64,000 nucleotides of DNA, taken from assembly GCA_041577295.1 (NCBI GenBank), contig JBFGJG010000018.1, positions 1 through 64,000 on the forward strand. Reading direction: 5' to 3'. Positions 12,671 through 24,629 of this stretch are shown one piece after another. The notes below the pieces were generated by a model. That model did no database searches. It saw nothing but the letters and a program-made list of their open reading frames with translations, and was not told where the DNA came from. Each line of letters starts with the position of its first letter. Position 1 is the first letter of the stretch. Source of the DNA: Gemmatimonadales bacterium (GTDB lineage Bacteria > Gemmatimonadota > Gemmatimonadetes > Gemmatimonadales > GWC2-71-9). The translations under genes were made by a program, and so were the position numbers.

Positions 12671-13417
12671 TTGAGCGCTGCGTCGAATCGTACCAATACG
12701 CCCGTTTCGTCCGCCAGAGCCTCCCAAGCCATTGCGCTCGCGCGCGAGCGATTCGATCTCCAGGACTACTACGCCTGCATTCATCTCTTGGAGGAGCTCA
12801 TCGATGAGGGGCGCGCGTTCGCGGACGCACATCACCTGGTCGGGCTCTCGTATCAGCTGATCGGGCAGCCGGAACGTGCGTTGGAGGCCTTTGAGACGGC
12901 GCTCGAGCTCAACCCACGCTACATCGAAGCGCACATTCATCGTGGCATCGTGCTGGGCGAGCTGGGCCGCTCAATGGAGGCCGCTGAGGCCTTTGCTACG
13001 GCACGCGAGATCGCAAGCGATTCCCGGGGCGAACTCCCACGGCACCATTCGGGCAAGCTGGCCAACCTCCATGCGGATTTGGGCGAGGCCTATGCCGAGG
13101 CCGGCGCTCTCACCGAGGCGATTAATCAGTACCAGGCGGGGTTGCGACTCCGTCCCGAGTTCCACGACCTGCGTTATCGACTGGGACGGCTGCTGCTGGA
13201 GGCGGGTCGGTCGCTCGAGGCGCGTGAGGAGTTCGAGCGCGTTGTGCGTGCGCGCCCGGCTGCGCCCGATCCCCAGGCCGCGTTGGGGCTCGCCTGCTAC
13301 GTGTCCGGCGACGCGGCGTCCGCCCGCGAAGCCTGGGAGCGGCTGCTCCGCGAGCGACCGGAGGATGTACGCGCCAAAGCGTATCTCGCGATGCTGGAGC
13401 GTGGGTCGATCGAGTAG
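12671..13417 (+). CDS. Tetratricopeptide repeat protein
   Basis: Repeated TPR helices (FADAHHLVGL, YIEAHIHRGI, FHDLRYRLG); TTG start after GGAG SD. Confidence 0.85.
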   Translation: MSAASNRTNTPVSSARASQAIALARERFDLQDYYACIHLLEELIDEGRAFADAHHLVGLSYQLIGQPERALEAFETALELNPRYIEAHIHRGIVLGELGRSMEAAEAFATAREIASDSRGELPRHHSGKLANLHADLGEAYAEAGALTEAINQYQAGLRLRPEFHDLRYRLGRLLLEAGRSLEAREEFERVVRARPAAPDPQAALGLACYVSGDAASAREAWERLLRERPEDVRAKAYLAMLERGSIE

Positions 13418-14345
13418 TCACCAGCGCCATCGCTGCGGCGTCCCGCCGGCCTTGCTGCTGGTGTTGCTTTGCGCGGCCTGCTTCGGCTCCGCAGCCGATC
13501 ACGAGGATCTCGGCGATCGCGCCTACGCCGCCCGGCGGTTCGTCGATGCGTTGGCCGAGTACCGTCTCGCCCTGATCCAGCGTGCCCCCGATCCTGATCT
13601 CCGCGCGAAAGCGGCATCCGCGGCGTTCAAGGCCGGCGATTTGACGGCGGCCGTTGAGGAGTACGTAGCGCTCGCGACGGAGGGGGGAGCCGAGCGGGTC
13701 GGTGAGGCGGCGACCGGGCTCGATCATGTCGCGAGCCGGGCGATCCGCGATGGGGACCGCGCTGCGCTGGCGTCGGCGGTGGCCGCGATCCAGCGCGTCG
13801 CACCCGGGCGCGGTCTCGCTGCGTTTGCGGGCGAGCTCGCGCGCGCACTCGGCGATGTTCCCCGCTCGTCGGAAGCGCTCGCCGTCTTGGCCCTGGCGGC
13901 GGCCGGCGCGCCCGACGCGCGAATCCAGGACTCACTGATCTTCGAGTACGCCGGGGTGCTCCGGCGCCTGGGACGTTGCGAGCAGGCCGTCTCCACGCTC
14001 GAGAGCGTGGTCCGCCGCGACCGGGCACCGGCCGTTATCGCCGAGGCCCGCCGCGAGTTGGCCCGATGCGCCCTCGCGCTCGGCGAACGGTCCTTGGATC
14101 AGGGTCGCCCCCAGACCGCAGAGCAGTGGTTTCAACGGGCCGCGCAGGGGGCCGGGAGCGGACAGGACGAGCGTGCGGCCTACGTGGGTCTGGGTGACGT
14201 CCGACTGGCCCAGGGGGACTTTGCCGGGGCCGCGGAGGCGTACCAGCGGGCGCTCGAAGGGGCGTCAGCCCGCGATTCGATCGCGCGCATCGCCGCTGAC
14301 CGGCTCAACATGATCGGGCGAGCGCCCGGAACCGACAGCTTGTAA
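13401..14345 (+). CDS. TPR-containing putative lipoprotein
   Basis: Hydrophobic stretch ending LLCAAC (lipobox-like) followed by TPR helices; start codon uncertain. Confidence 0.7.
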   Translation: MGRSSSHQRHRCGVPPALLLVLLCAACFGSAADHEDLGDRAYAARRFVDALAEYRLALIQRAPDPDLRAKAASAAFKAGDLTAAVEEYVALATEGGAERVGEAATGLDHVASRAIRDGDRAALASAVAAIQRVAPGRGLAAFAGELARALGDVPRSSEALAVLALAAAGAPDARIQDSLIFEYAGVLRRLGRCEQAVSTLESVVRRDRAPAVIAEARRELARCALALGERSLDQGRPQTAEQWFQRAAQGAGSGQDERAAYVGLGDVRLAQGDFAGAAEAYQRALEGASARDSIARIAADRLNMIGRAPGTDSL

Positions 14346-14360
14346 CGGGTATCTAGGAGC

Positions 14361-15200
14361 GTGCACATCGATATTGGACGTGCGGCCCCAACGCGCCAGG
14401 CCGCTCGCGTCCCCGGGGGATGGAGGGGATGTGATACGCGGGGATGGTGCGGTGCTACCAAGGTTTGGAGCGCCGCCGTGCTGGTGCTACTCGGGGTGGC
14501 GGCCTGCGGAAAGGGGTTTGACCCGACGGTGATTCCGAATCCCGACTCGCTGCTCGCGGTCTCGCTGGCCTATTATGAGGCCGGGGACTGCGGCAAAGCG
14601 CGAAAGGGGTTTACGCAGCTCACCTTTGAGCTGCCACCCCGAGATGCCCGGCTCGCAGACATCCGCTACTACCTGGCCGAGTGCATGTTGGACGCTGGCG
14701 AGCGGCTCGAGGCAGCACGCGAGTTTCGCCGGGTCGCCGACGAGTTCCCACAGCATCCTCGCGCATCGCTGGCGCTGTTGCGCTCGGCCGATGCCAACGC
14801 CGAGTTGTGGAAACGGGCGGAGCTCGATCCAACGTACGGTGAGACCGCTATCGCGGTGTATCGCGAGCTCCTCGCGCGGTACGCAACGCTCCCCGTGGCC
14901 GATTCGGCTCGCCAACGCATCGCCGAGCTGAACGACCGATTCGCCGAGAAGACCTACAAGGCCGGTGCTTTCTACCTGCGATTGCGAGCCTTCGACTCCG
15001 CGATCATCTACTTTCGAGACGTGGTGGCCAATTATCCACGCTCCGAGTTTGCGTCCAAGGCGCTCATCAAGCTCGTCGAGGCGTACCGCAAGATCGGCTA
15101 CACCGAAGAGCGCCGGGAGACCTGTGACCACCTCCGCCAGTTCTATCCTAACGCCGAAGACCTCGACGAGGCCTGCCCCAGCGCTCGACCTCCCACCTAG
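14361..15200 (+). CDS. bamD: Outer membrane protein assembly factor BamD (start uncertain)
   Basis: Lipobox VAAC; ELDPTY..AI..Y.ELL..Y, AEKTY..G.FY, AIIYF..V...YP.S pattern. Confidence 0.88.
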   Translation: MHIDIGRAAPTRQAARVPGGWRGCDTRGWCGATKVWSAAVLVLLGVAACGKGFDPTVIPNPDSLLAVSLAYYEAGDCGKARKGFTQLTFELPPRDARLADIRYYLAECMLDAGERLEAAREFRRVADEFPQHPRASLALLRSADANAELWKRAELDPTYGETAIAVYRELLARYATLPVADSARQRIAELNDRFAEKTYKAGAFYLRLRAFDSAIIYFRDVVANYPRSEFASKALIKLVEAYRKIGYTEERRETCDHLRQFYPNAEDLDEACPSARPPT

Positions 15201-15206
15201 CAGCCA

Positions 15207-15794
15207 GTGCGGATCGGCATCGTCGGGGGCTCGTTCGATCCCATCCATCGGGGGCACATCATCGTTGCCGCGGCGGCGGCGAATGCGCTTGGACTCGACC
15301 GGGTGTGGTTCGTGCCCGCCCGATCGCAGCCGTTCAAGGGCGAGGGCCACGTCGCCGCACCCCATCACCGTGTCGAGATGGTTCGGCGGGCAATTGCCGC
15401 CGACCCGCGGTTCCTCGTCGATGACCGTGAGGTGGGTCGTAGCGGTCCGTCTTATACGATTGACACGTTGCAGGCGATTCGGACCGATCGCCCCAAGGAT
15501 GAGTTATTTTTATTGGTTGGTGCAGATGCGGCTCGGGATTTTCCGGCGTGGCGAGACGCGAAGAAGATTGCCCGGCTCGCGCACGTGGTCGTGCTGACCA
15601 GGCCCGGTGTCGAGCCGCTGCATGACCATTTGATCGAGCGGATTCTCCTGGTGCCCGCCGTGGAGATCTCAGCGAGTGAGGTCCGCCAACGCGCGAGTCG
15701 GGGCGAATCGATCCGACACCTGGTACCGCCCGCCGTGGCCGACTACATCGGCCAACACGGGCTGTACCGCCGTGACACGGAGCAAACAGACTGA
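15207..15794 (+). CDS. nadD: Nicotinate-nucleotide adenylyltransferase
   Basis: [25 protein letters not shown]. Confidence 0.96.
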   Translation: MRIGIVGGSFDPIHRGHIIVAAAAANALGLDRVWFVPARSQPFKGEGHVAAPHHRVEMVRRAIAADPRFLVDDREVGRSGPSYTIDTLQAIRTDRPKDELFLLVGADAARDFPAWRDAKKIARLAHVVVLTRPGVEPLHDHLIERILLVPAVEISASEVRQRASRGESIRHLVPPAVADYIGQHGLYRRDTEQTD

Positions 15795-15801
15795 AGGGCA
15801 A

Positions 15802-18800
15802 ATGCTGAAACAGCTGGTAAACAAGGTGATCGGCACCCGCTTTGAGCGTGAGCTCAAGCGGATTCAGCCGATCATCGACCGTATACACGCCCACGAGCAA
15901 GAACTCGCCGACCTCTCAGATGAGGAGGTTCGGGCCCAGACCGGCCGGTTGCGGGAGAGGTTGCGGGAGCAGCTCGGTGACATCGAAGGGCAGCTGACGC
16001 AGAAGCGCGATGAGAAGCACGGCTGCGCCGACCCGGTGCGGCGTGATGCGTTGAACGACGAAGTCCACGATCTCGAAGAGCAGCTCAAGAAGGAAACCCA
16101 GAAGGCGCTCGACGCGCTCCTTCCCGAGGCGTTTGCAACAGTGCGTGAGGCGTGCCGCCGGCTGGTCGGCACAACGGTGGTGGTCACCGGACACGAGCTC
16201 CCCTGGGACATGGTGCCGTACGACGTCCAGCTCATCGGCGGCCTCGTGTTGCACCAGGGCAAAATCGCCGAGATGGCGACTGGTGAAGGGAAGACGCTCG
16301 TCGCCACGCTCCCGCTGTATCTCAACGCGCTTCCGGGTAAAGGCGCTCACCTCGTCACCGTCAACGACTATCTGTCGCGCCGTGACTCACAGTGGATGGG
16401 TCACCTGTTCAGCTTCTTGGGCCTCACAGTGGGATGTATCGACGAGACCGATCCTTCGACGCCGGAACGCCGCGCGGCCTACCAGTGCGACATCACCTAC
16501 GGCACCAACAACGAGTTTGGGTTCGACTACTTGCGGGACAATATGGTCTTCGCGGTGGAGCAGCGGGTGCAGCGCCCTCATACGTACGCCATCATCGATG
16601 AGGTGGACAGCATTCTCATCGACGAAGCGCGTACGCCGCTGATCATTTCGGGACCAGTTGGCAACGAGTCTGACCAGAAGTACCGCGAGCACAACGCGCA
16701 GGTACAGAGCCTCGTCCGCAAGCAGGCTGCAGTGGTGAATCAGTTGGTCGCGGAGGTCGAGCCCATTCTTTCCGAGGATTCGTCGGACTACGACGCCTCG
16801 GTCAAGCTGTTCCTCGCACGTCAGGGCATGCCAAAGCACAAACGGCTCATGAAGTTAATGCAGGAGCCGGAGCTCCAGCAGATGGTGCAACGCATAGAGC
16901 TCGATCGCATCGCCGATCGCAAGCTGCCCCACGGCCAGCAGCGGTTTCGGGATCTCGAGGAGGATCTCTACTTCGTCATGGATGAGCGAGGACGATCCGT
17001 TCACCTGACGGATCGTGGTGTCGAAACGATGAGCCCCACGGATCCAAACCTGTTCATCGTACCCGACATCTCTGAGGAGATGGGTGCCATCGAGCACGAC
17101 GAGAATCTCTCGGCGGAAGAAAAGCTGGAGCAGCGCCGCAAGCTCGAGGGCGAATACGCTGAGAAGAGCGAGAAGCTCCAGATCATCCACAAGCTGTTGC
17201 AGGCCCACGCCCTCTATGAGAAAGATGTGGAGTACGTCGTTCAGGACGGCCAAGTGTTCATCGTCGATGAGTTCACGGGTCGCATCCTTCCCGGCCGCCG
17301 GTGGTCGGACGGACTCCATCAAGCCATCGAAGCGAAAGAAGGCGTCACCGTGCGCGGTGAAACGCAGACGATGGCGACGATCACCATTCAGAACTACTTC
17401 CGGATGTACGACAAGCTGTCCGGAATGACGGGTACGGCGGAGACCGAGGAGACGGAGTTCTTTCAGATCTACGGACTCGAAGTGATGGTGATTCCCACCA
17501 ACCGGCCCGTGCGCCGGGTGGATGTCGACGACCACATCTATCAGACCCGCCGCGAGAAGTACAACGCCATCATCGAAGAGATCGATCGGCAGCACAAGCG
17601 CGGCCTCCCCGTCTTGGTCGGCACGACGAGCGTCGAGGTGTCGGAAACCCTGGCGCGCATGCTGAAGCGTCGGGGTCTCAAGCACGAAGTGCTGAACGCG
17701 AAACAGCACCAGCGCGAGGCGGAGATTGTGGCGCAGGCAGGGCGTGCTGGGTCGATCACGATCGCCACGAACATGGCGGGGCGGGGCACCGACATCAAAC
17801 TCCAGATGGGCGTGAAGAAGTGCCAGGTGTGCGGCATCAAGGCCAAGCTGGCGCCGTTTGGGCAGGTGGGTGAAAGCCCTGATCTGTCTGATCAGGAGAT
17901 TCGCGAGCTCGGCTGCAACGACGACCCCCCATGCGGACTCGTCGTCATAGGAACCGAACGGCACGATGCCCGTCGCATCGATCGTCAGCTCAGAGGGCGG
18001 TCGGGACGCCAAGGCGATCCCGGAGATAGCATCTTCTTCCTCTCACTCGAAGACCGCCTGATGCGCCTGTTCATGTCCGAGCGCGTCGCCAAGATCATGG
18101 GCAAGGCAGGGGTCGAGGAGGGGGAGGTGATCACCCACCCGTGGGTCACAAAGGCGATCGAAAACGCCCAGAAGCGGGTGGAGCTGCAGAACTTCCAGGC
18201 GCGGAAGCGGCTGCTCGATTACGACGACGTCATGAATCAGCAGCGAGAGGTGATCTACTCCCTGCGTCTGTTTGCGCTCGAGGGTGGTGAGGAGCTCAAG
18301 GCGGAGGCCGTACGGATGATCGAAGAGGCCTTGAGCAAGTACGCCCGCGAGGAGGTCGTCGAACGTCCCGAGGAGTGGGATCGAGATCTGTTGGCGACCG
18401 ACCTCTTGATGCGGTTTCTGCTCTCGGTCCCGGACGTCAAGGACCCCGAGGAGGTCGCGAGTCACGACGCGCTCGAAGCCTTGCTCAAACAGGCGGGTGA
18501 CGAAGCGTTCCGCGCCAAGCTCGCCTCATGGGACGAGCTCGGCGCACGCTACAAGGCGGAGAATCTCGCCGAGCGGGTGCTATCGCACCTCATGCTGTCG
18601 CTCATCGACGAGAAGTGGAAGGATCATCTGTTCGAGCTGGATCACCTGCGTGCCGGCATCCAGTATCGTGCCTGGGGGCAGAAGGATCCGCTGATCGAGT
18701 ACAAGAAGGACGCGTTCGAGATGTTCATCGATTTGATCGACGACATCCGGACCACGTTCACCGAGCGTTTCTTCAAGTTCCAGGTGCAGATCAGCGGGGA

Positions 18801-19068
18801 GACGCCCGATCGGATGCGCCGGGCACCCGCCGAACGGGTGCGTGCCGAGCACCCAGCATCCGACGCCGACCTGATGGTCCCCGGAGCCGTCCCGGTCGGA
18901 GCCGCCGCCATTCCGCCGTCCCGCGAGATGATCACCAACCGCGGACCCGATGGGGCGTCCGCCCGGGCGAAGCCGGTCCAGCGCAGCGTTCCCAAGGTTG
19001 GTCGGAACGACCCCTGTCCGTGTGGTAGCGGCAAGAAGTACAAGAAATGCCACGGGGCAGCAGCCTAG
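15802..19068 (+). CDS. secA: Preprotein translocase subunit SecA
   Basis: [48 protein letters not shown]-terminal [23 protein letters not shown]. Confidence 0.98.
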   Translation: MLKQLVNKVIGTRFERELKRIQPIIDRIHAHEQELADLSDEEVRAQTGRLRERLREQLGDIEGQLTQKRDEKHGCADPVRRDALNDEVHDLEEQLKKETQKALDALLPEAFATVREACRRLVGTTVVVTGHELPWDMVPYDVQLIGGLVLHQGKIAEMATGEGKTLVATLPLYLNALPGKGAHLVTVNDYLSRRDSQWMGHLFSFLGLTVGCIDETDPSTPERRAAYQCDITYGTNNEFGFDYLRDNMVFAVEQRVQRPHTYAIIDEVDSILIDEARTPLIISGPVGNESDQKYREHNAQVQSLVRKQAAVVNQLVAEVEPILSEDSSDYDASVKLFLARQGMPKHKRLMKLMQEPELQQMVQRIELDRIADRKLPHGQQRFRDLEEDLYFVMDERGRSVHLTDRGVETMSPTDPNLFIVPDISEEMGAIEHDENLSAEEKLEQRRKLEGEYAEKSEKLQIIHKLLQAHALYEKDVEYVVQDGQVFIVDEFTGRILPGRRWSDGLHQAIEAKEGVTVRGETQTMATITIQNYFRMYDKLSGMTGTAETEETEFFQIYGLEVMVIPTNRPVRRVDVDDHIYQTRREKYNAIIEEIDRQHKRGLPVLVGTTSVEVSETLARMLKRRGLKHEVLNAKQHQREAEIVAQAGRAGSITIATNMAGRGTDIKLQMGVKKCQVCGIKAKLAPFGQVGESPDLSDQEIRELGCNDDPPCGLVVIGTERHDARRIDRQLRGRSGRQGDPGDSIFFLSLEDRLMRLFMSERVAKIMGKAGVEEGEVITHPWVTKAIENAQKRVELQNFQARKRLLDYDDVMNQQREVIYSLRLFALEGGEELKAEAVRMIEEALSKYAREEVVERPEEWDRDLLATDLLMRFLLSVPDVKDPEEVASHDALEALLKQAGDEAFRAKLASWDELGARYKAENLAERVLSHLMLSLIDEKWKDHLFELDHLRAGIQYRAWGQKDPLIEYKKDAFEMFIDLIDDIRTTFTERFFKFQVQISGETPDRMRRAPAERVRAEHPASDADLMVPGAVPVGAAAIPPSREMITNRGPDGASARAKPVQRSVPKVGRNDPCPCGSGKKYKKCHGAAA

Positions 19069-19208
19069 GCGGTCGCTAGCCAGGGCCGTACCGGTTCCTT
19101 CAACAAGTCCCCGATGGGCTCGAGTCCCGCTGAGCCTGCCGGGCTTCCGTTCCCCCTCGCGTGTTTTCACCTAACACGACGCGCCCGGTGTGCATCATCT
19201 GTAAGTCC

Positions 19209-19895
19209 ATGGCATGCTTGCAAATCGCTGATTCGGACGAGCGGGAGCGCCCGCGCGAGCGGCTGTTCACCCACGGGCCTGCCGCGTTGACGGTGATCGA
19301 GCTCCTTGCCATTGTCATTGGGACAGGGACGCGGAGCCAGGATGTCCTAGCGGTGGCCCGAAGTCTGCTGGCCATGGCCGGTGGGTCGACGCGTGCGCTC
19401 GCCCGGCGCCCAGCGAGTGAGTTGGCGCAAGTCGGCGGTGTCGGACGCGCCAAGGCAGCCCGGGTCGCTGCCGCCCTCGAGCTGGGTCGCCGCCTGTGCG
19501 GCACGGACGGCGGTGTCCCAACGATGGTTCGCTCGCCAGCCGATGTCTCGCGGCGGTGCGGGCCGGCCCTGCGGGATCTCGTGGTCGAAGAGTTTCATCT
19601 TCTCACGCTCGATGCGCAGAACCGCATTACTCGCGAGCTGCTCATCACCCGGGGCATCCTGAACAGTTCGCTGGTGCATCCACGCGAGGTGTTTCGGGCG
19701 GCAATCGCGGAGGCGGCGGCTGGGGTGATCGTGGTTCACAACCACCCATCCGGCAGTCCCATCCCGTCGACCGAAGATCGTGCGGTCACGGCGCAATTAG
19801 TCGAGGCGGGGCGCCTTCTCGACATCCCGGTGTACGATCACGTGATCGTGGCTGGCGATCACTACTTCAGCTTTGCGGAGGCAGGACTCTTGTAA
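19209..19895 (+). CDS. radC: RadC/UPF0758 JAB-domain protein
   Basis: ERPRERL, helix-hairpin-helix, VHPREVF, HNHPSG, DHVIV. Confidence 0.95.
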   Translation: MACLQIADSDERERPRERLFTHGPAALTVIELLAIVIGTGTRSQDVLAVARSLLAMAGGSTRALARRPASELAQVGGVGRAKAARVAAALELGRRLCGTDGGVPTMVRSPADVSRRCGPALRDLVVEEFHLLTLDAQNRITRELLITRGILNSSLVHPREVFRAAIAEAAAGVIVVHNHPSGSPIPSTEDRAVTAQLVEAGRLLDIPVYDHVIVAGDHYFSFAEAGLL

Positions 19896-22084
19896 TGGGT
19901 GCATTGGCGACGGTCGACCACGCGTTTGCTGAGGCGCTGACCGAGCGGAAAGATCGGTTGGACCTCCAGCTCATCGAGCGCGCGCTCGAGTTCAGCACGG
20001 CGGCGCACCGGGGGCAGAAGCGGCTCTCCGGTGACGATTTTGTGTCGCACTCGGTGGAAGTCGCCAAGATTCTCGTGGATCAGCAGCTCGATACCGTCAC
20101 TATCACCGCTGCGCTGCTCCACGATGTCGCTGAAGATTCCGACGTCACGTTGGAAGAGATCAAAGCCACGTTTGGCCCCGAGGTCGGGTGGATCGTCGAC
20201 GGCCTGACCAAGATCTCCCACTTGCGGTTTCGCTCCGCGGCCGAGGAGCAGGTCGAGAACTACCGCAAGCTGCTTCTGTCGATCGCCAAGGATGCGCGTG
20301 TGATCTTCGTGAAGCTCGCCGACCGGCTGCACAATATGCGCACCCTCGAGCACTTGCCCAAGGAACGTCGTACGCGCATCGCGCGCGAGACGCGAGAGAT
20401 TTACGCGCCCCTCGCGCATCGGTTTGGGATGGGTGGTATCAAAGCCGAGCTCGAGGATCTCGCGTTCAAGTTTCTCGAGCCCGCGGAGTATCGCGGCCTC
20501 GCGGACAAGTTGCAGGCGAAGCGAGATGAACGAGAGCAGTTGATCAATCGTCTCCGGACGCCGCTCGAATCAGCGCTCAAGCGGTCCGGTATCGAGGAGT
20601 ACGAGGTCACGGGCCGGCCAAAACATCTGTGGTCCATCTACCGGAAGATGAAAAACCGTGATCTCCCGCTGGACGAAATCTACGATCTGATGGCGGTCCG
20701 GGTCCTCGTGGGGAGCGTGCGAGACTGTTACCACGTGCTCGGCGTCATCCACCACGCCTGGACACCGTTGCAAGAGCGGATCAAGGACTACATCGCCTCG
20801 CCGAAGTCCAATGGATACCAGTCACTCCACACAACGATCTTTGGACCGGGTGGCAAGCTGTACGAGATCCAGATCCGCACGTGGGAGATGCACCGCACCT
20901 CGGAGTATGGCCTGGCGGCGCACTGGGTCTACAAGGAGGGGCGGGGGCGGGAGCAACGGGACGATATCGACTCCCACTTCGAGTGGTTCCGACAGCTGCT
21001 CGAGCTGCAGCAAGACGCGCACAGCCCCGAGGAGTTCCTGGAGTTCCTCAAGATCGACCTTTATCAAGATGAGATCTTCGTCTTCACGCCCAAAGGCGAT
21101 GTCAAGCGTCTTCCCAAGGACGCGAGCGCGATTGATTTCGCGTTCGAGGTGCACACCGAGATCGGCTTGCGGTGTCAGGGCGCACGGATCAATGGGCGCA
21201 TCGCGCCCCTGCATCGTGCTCTGCGCAATGGCGACACGGTGGAGATTCTCACGTCGCCCCACGCCCGACCCAGCAAGGACTGGCTCAATCACGTGCGCAC
21301 CGCACGGGCCCGCCACAAGATCCGACGCTGGATCAAGGAAGAGGAGGCCGAGCGAAGCATCGCGTTGGGTAAGGAGATTCTCGCCCGGGAGCTGCGGCGC
21401 CGCCGGCTCGAGATGCCCGAGGACGACGAGCTCGCCGAAGCCGCCGAGAAGCTTTCGGTCGGGTCCACAGGTGCCCTGTATCAAGTGGTGGGGCGCGGCG
21501 ACACGCCCATCGGTCAGGTCATCAAAGCCCTCTACCCAGAACGGCCCAGCGACGAGCTCCAGGCGCCCCGGCCAACAGCGTTTGGCCGCGTGCTGGATCG
21601 TATCCGGCTCGGTCGCGGTGTACGCATTCATGGGGTGGACGGGCTCATGGTCCGTTACGCTCAGTGCTGCCAGCCCGTCCCCGGCGACAAGGTGGTGGGC
21701 TATGTGACGAAGGGACGGGGCATCTCGATACATCGGGCGGACTGTCCTAACCTGCTCACCATGTCGGACGATCCGGAGCGCCGAGTCGAGATCGACTGGC
21801 AAAAGATGGAGGGTGAGGTTTTCGTCGTCTGCCTCGGCGTCGTAGGTGAGGATCGTCGCGGACTCTATGCGGATCTCATGACCGCCATATCCCAAACAGG
21901 CACCAACATTCGGAGCGCCGAACTCGCCAGCAAGGACGGTGCGATGTTTGGTTCGGTCTTGGTGGAGGTCGAGAACCACGCCCACCTCGCCAAAGTCATG
22001 CGTACGATGCGGCGCGTGAAGGGCGTGTCAGAGGTCGATCGCCGCGAACCCCCGACCAGAGTCGCAACATCGGAGGGTGCTTAA
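19895..22084 (+). CDS. rel: Bifunctional (p)ppGpp synthetase/hydrolase, long RSH
   Basis: HD motif LLHDVAED, KLADRLHNMRT, NGYQSLHT, TGS (FTPKG), CCQP, ACT domain. Confidence 0.96.
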   Translation: MGALATVDHAFAEALTERKDRLDLQLIERALEFSTAAHRGQKRLSGDDFVSHSVEVAKILVDQQLDTVTITAALLHDVAEDSDVTLEEIKATFGPEVGWIVDGLTKISHLRFRSAAEEQVENYRKLLLSIAKDARVIFVKLADRLHNMRTLEHLPKERRTRIARETREIYAPLAHRFGMGGIKAELEDLAFKFLEPAEYRGLADKLQAKRDEREQLINRLRTPLESALKRSGIEEYEVTGRPKHLWSIYRKMKNRDLPLDEIYDLMAVRVLVGSVRDCYHVLGVIHHAWTPLQERIKDYIASPKSNGYQSLHTTIFGPGGKLYEIQIRTWEMHRTSEYGLAAHWVYKEGRGREQRDDIDSHFEWFRQLLELQQDAHSPEEFLEFLKIDLYQDEIFVFTPKGDVKRLPKDASAIDFAFEVHTEIGLRCQGARINGRIAPLHRALRNGDTVEILTSPHARPSKDWLNHVRTARARHKIRRWIKEEEAERSIALGKEILARELRRRRLEMPEDDELAEAAEKLSVGSTGALYQVVGRGDTPIGQVIKALYPERPSDELQAPRPTAFGRVLDRIRLGRGVRIHGVDGLMVRYAQCCQPVPGDKVVGYVTKGRGISIHRADCPNLLTMSDDPERRVEIDWQKMEGEVFVVCLGVVGEDRRGLYADLMTAISQTGTNIRSAELASKDGAMFGSVLVEVENHAHLAKVMRTMRRVKGVSEVDRREPPTRVATSEGA

Positions 22085-22144
22085 GGAACGGTAGGTCTCC
22101 CCTCTATCCCCCTCTCTTCCTTCTACTCCCTCTTAAATTGATGT

Positions 22145-24205
22145 ATGTCGGTTTTCGACCTCCAAATGCCGTTTCAGCCGGCGGGCGATCAGCCGCGGGC
22201 CATTGCCGAGCTCGCAGCCGGTCTCGAGCGCGGGGACCGGTATCAGACGTTGCTGGGGGTCACGGGATCGGGGAAAACGGTGACCGTGGCCAACGTCATT
22301 GCCCAGTGGAGTCGACCAACCTTGGTGCTTTCGCACAACAAGACGCTCGCGGCACAACTGTATGGTGAGCTGAAGTCGTTCTTTCCACGCAATGCGGTGG
22401 AGTACTTCATCTCGTATTACGACTACTACCAGCCCGAGGCCTACGTTCCCGCCACCGACACGTATATCGAGAAGGACGCGTCGATCAACGAGGACATCGA
22501 CCGGCTGCGGTTGCGTGCGACGTCGAGCCTCATGGAGCGAGACGACGTCATCATCGTGGCCTCGGTGAGCGCCATCTATGGCCTGGGGAGTCCGGCAGAG
22601 TACCGCGCCCGCATGCTGCTTGTGAGCGCTGGCGAGGAGCGCCCCCGTGATAGTGTCCTGGAAGCCTTGGTGAGTATCCAGTACCGTCGGAACGACGCGT
22701 CGTTCGAGCCGGGGACGTTTCGCGTCCGGGGTGATACAGTCGAGATCTTCCCGGCGTACGAAGAACAAGCTGTGCGCGTCGAGTGGTGGGGAGATACGGT
22801 GGAGCGTATCTCGAAGATCGACCCGCTGCGTGGCGAAGTCATTGCGACGCTCGCGCGCGCAGCCGTGTATCCAGCCACCCACTACGTGACGACTCGGCCC
22901 ACCATCGAGCGCAGCGTCAAGGCGATCCGCGCAGAGCTGACCCAGCGGCTCGCCGAGCTCCGCAGTCAGGGCAAGCTGCTCGAGGCCCAACGGCTCGAGT
23001 CGCGCACGCGCTTTGATATCGACATGCTGCTCGAGGTTGGCACGTGTGCGGGAGTGGAGAATTACAGTCGGCACATCGACGCACGGCTTCCCGGAGAACG
23101 GCCGGCGTGCCTGCTCGACTATTTCCCCGACGATTACCTCACCATCATCGACGAATCCCACGTGACGTTGCCCCAGGTCAGTGGGATGTACGAGGGCGAT
23201 CGATCGCGCAAGCTCACACTGGTCGAGCACGGGTTTCGGTTGCCATCGGCGCTCGACAACCGACCGCTCAACTTTCAGGAGTTCATGTCGCTCACGCCGT
23301 CGATGCTGTTTGTCTCCGCGACGCCTGGAAACTTGGAGTTGGAGTTATCAGCTGGCGTCGTGGTAGAGCAGATCATTCGACCCACGGGGCTCGTGGACCC
23401 GGAGGTCGACGTGCGCCCCATCCGGGGTCAAGTGGACGACCTGCTCTCCGAGGTACGACGGTGCGAGCAGGCCAACCACCGTGTACTCGTGACGACGTTG
23501 ACGAAACGGATGGCGGAGGATCTCACCGACTACCTCCAGCAGACTGGCGTGCGCGTGCGGTATATGCACTCGGACATCGATGCCATCGAACGCATGGAAA
23601 TCGTGCGCGGATTGCGACTCGGCGAGTTCGATGTGCTCGTGGGCATCAACCTGCTGCGGGAGGGGTTGGATCTACCGGAGGTGGCACTGGTAGCCATTCT
23701 CGATGCCGATCAGGAAGGTTTCCTTCGCTCGGATCGCTCACTCATTCAGACGGTGGGCCGCGCCGCACGAAACGAACACGGTCGGGCGGTGCTGTATGCG
23801 GATCGGGTAACCGGGTCGATGCAGCGTGCCCTCGATGAGATGGGCCGCCGTCGCGGTATCCAACAGGCGCACAATGTGGAGCATGGGATCATCCCGACCT
23901 CGATTCGCAAATCGGTCGATCAGGTGCGGCTCTCCACGCGGGTGGCGGATGCGCGGGTGCGGGAAGAAAGACCGTCGGCTCCAGCGCCAGTGGAGCGCCT
24001 CGACACGGAAGCACTGCTCGGGCAGTTAGAACAGCAGATGCACGAGGCCGCCGCCAACCTGAACTTCGAGCTCGCCGCGCAGCTACGGGATCAGATCCTC
24101 GAGCTCAAGGCAGCTGGGGATCCGGTTCGCCGCACACCAGCCGGTGTGACGCGCGAGCGTGGCGCGAGCACCTCCCGCCGGCGAGCACGAACCCGTCGTG
24201 CCTAG
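22145..24205 (+). CDS. uvrB: Excinuclease ABC subunit B
   Basis: [39 protein letters not shown]-terminal UVR domain. Confidence 0.98.
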   Translation: MSVFDLQMPFQPAGDQPRAIAELAAGLERGDRYQTLLGVTGSGKTVTVANVIAQWSRPTLVLSHNKTLAAQLYGELKSFFPRNAVEYFISYYDYYQPEAYVPATDTYIEKDASINEDIDRLRLRATSSLMERDDVIIVASVSAIYGLGSPAEYRARMLLVSAGEERPRDSVLEALVSIQYRRNDASFEPGTFRVRGDTVEIFPAYEEQAVRVEWWGDTVERISKIDPLRGEVIATLARAAVYPATHYVTTRPTIERSVKAIRAELTQRLAELRSQGKLLEAQRLESRTRFDIDMLLEVGTCAGVENYSRHIDARLPGERPACLLDYFPDDYLTIIDESHVTLPQVSGMYEGDRSRKLTLVEHGFRLPSALDNRPLNFQEFMSLTPSMLFVSATPGNLELELSAGVVVEQIIRPTGLVDPEVDVRPIRGQVDDLLSEVRRCEQANHRVLVTTLTKRMAEDLTDYLQQTGVRVRYMHSDIDAIERMEIVRGLRLGEFDVLVGINLLREGLDLPEVALVAILDADQEGFLRSDRSLIQTVGRAARNEHGRAVLYADRVTGSMQRALDEMGRRRGIQQAHNVEHGIIPTSIRKSVDQVRLSTRVADARVREERPSAPAPVERLDTEALLGQLEQQMHEAAANLNFELAAQLRDQILELKAAGDPVRRTPAGVTRERGASTSRRRARTRRA

Positions 24206-24206
24206 C

Positions 24207-24629
24207 ATGGACGTCGGCGCACCACGGGTGGTCACGTTGGCGGAGCTCGAAGCTGCCGCGCAACAGCTCTGGCGAGACGCCCCTCCCGGATCGGTCGTGT
24301 GGCTCACTGGTGAGATCGGCGCTGGGAAGACGACGTTCGTACAGGCTGTGGTGCGGGCCGCGGGGGGAGGGCTCGCCACGAGTCCCACGTTTGCGTTGGT
24401 GCACGAGTACCCGGTAACCGGCGGTCTGATCGTTCACGCCGACTGCTACCGGCTGCGTGACCCGGCCGAGGCGCTCGACCTCGACTTTCCCGGTCTCGAA
24501 CAACGCGCTCGGCTCCTCTTCGTGGAGTGGCCGGAGCGAGCAGGCGAGCAGGCGCCCCCTCCCGATATTCGGCTGCGCTTCGCACACGCGGATCATCCGA
24601 CGCATCGGGTTTTCGAGCGGCTACAGTGA
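24207..24629 (+). CDS. tsaE: t6A tRNA modification ATPase TsaE
   Basis: GEIGAGKTTF, TSPTFAL, HADCYRL, VEWPER. Confidence 0.94.
   Translation: MDVGAPRVVTLAELEAAAQQLWRDAPPGSVVWLTGEIGAGKTTFVQAVVRAAGGGLATSPTFALVHEYPVTGGLIVHADCYRLRDPAEALDLDFPGLEQRARLLFVEWPERAGEQAPPPDIRLRFAHADHPTHRVFERLQ

Noticed and set aside
16855..18012. Long antisense and alternative-frame ORFs (e.g. 16855-18012, 20822-21985, 22133-23230, 48002-49189, 55736-56740)
   Set aside because: They are shadows of well-supported genes, expected from GC-rich codon bias, and show no recognisable motifs.
19209..19895. radC as a mobile-element or anti-restriction marker
   Set aside because: Full-length chromosomal type with HhH domain, in a core context.
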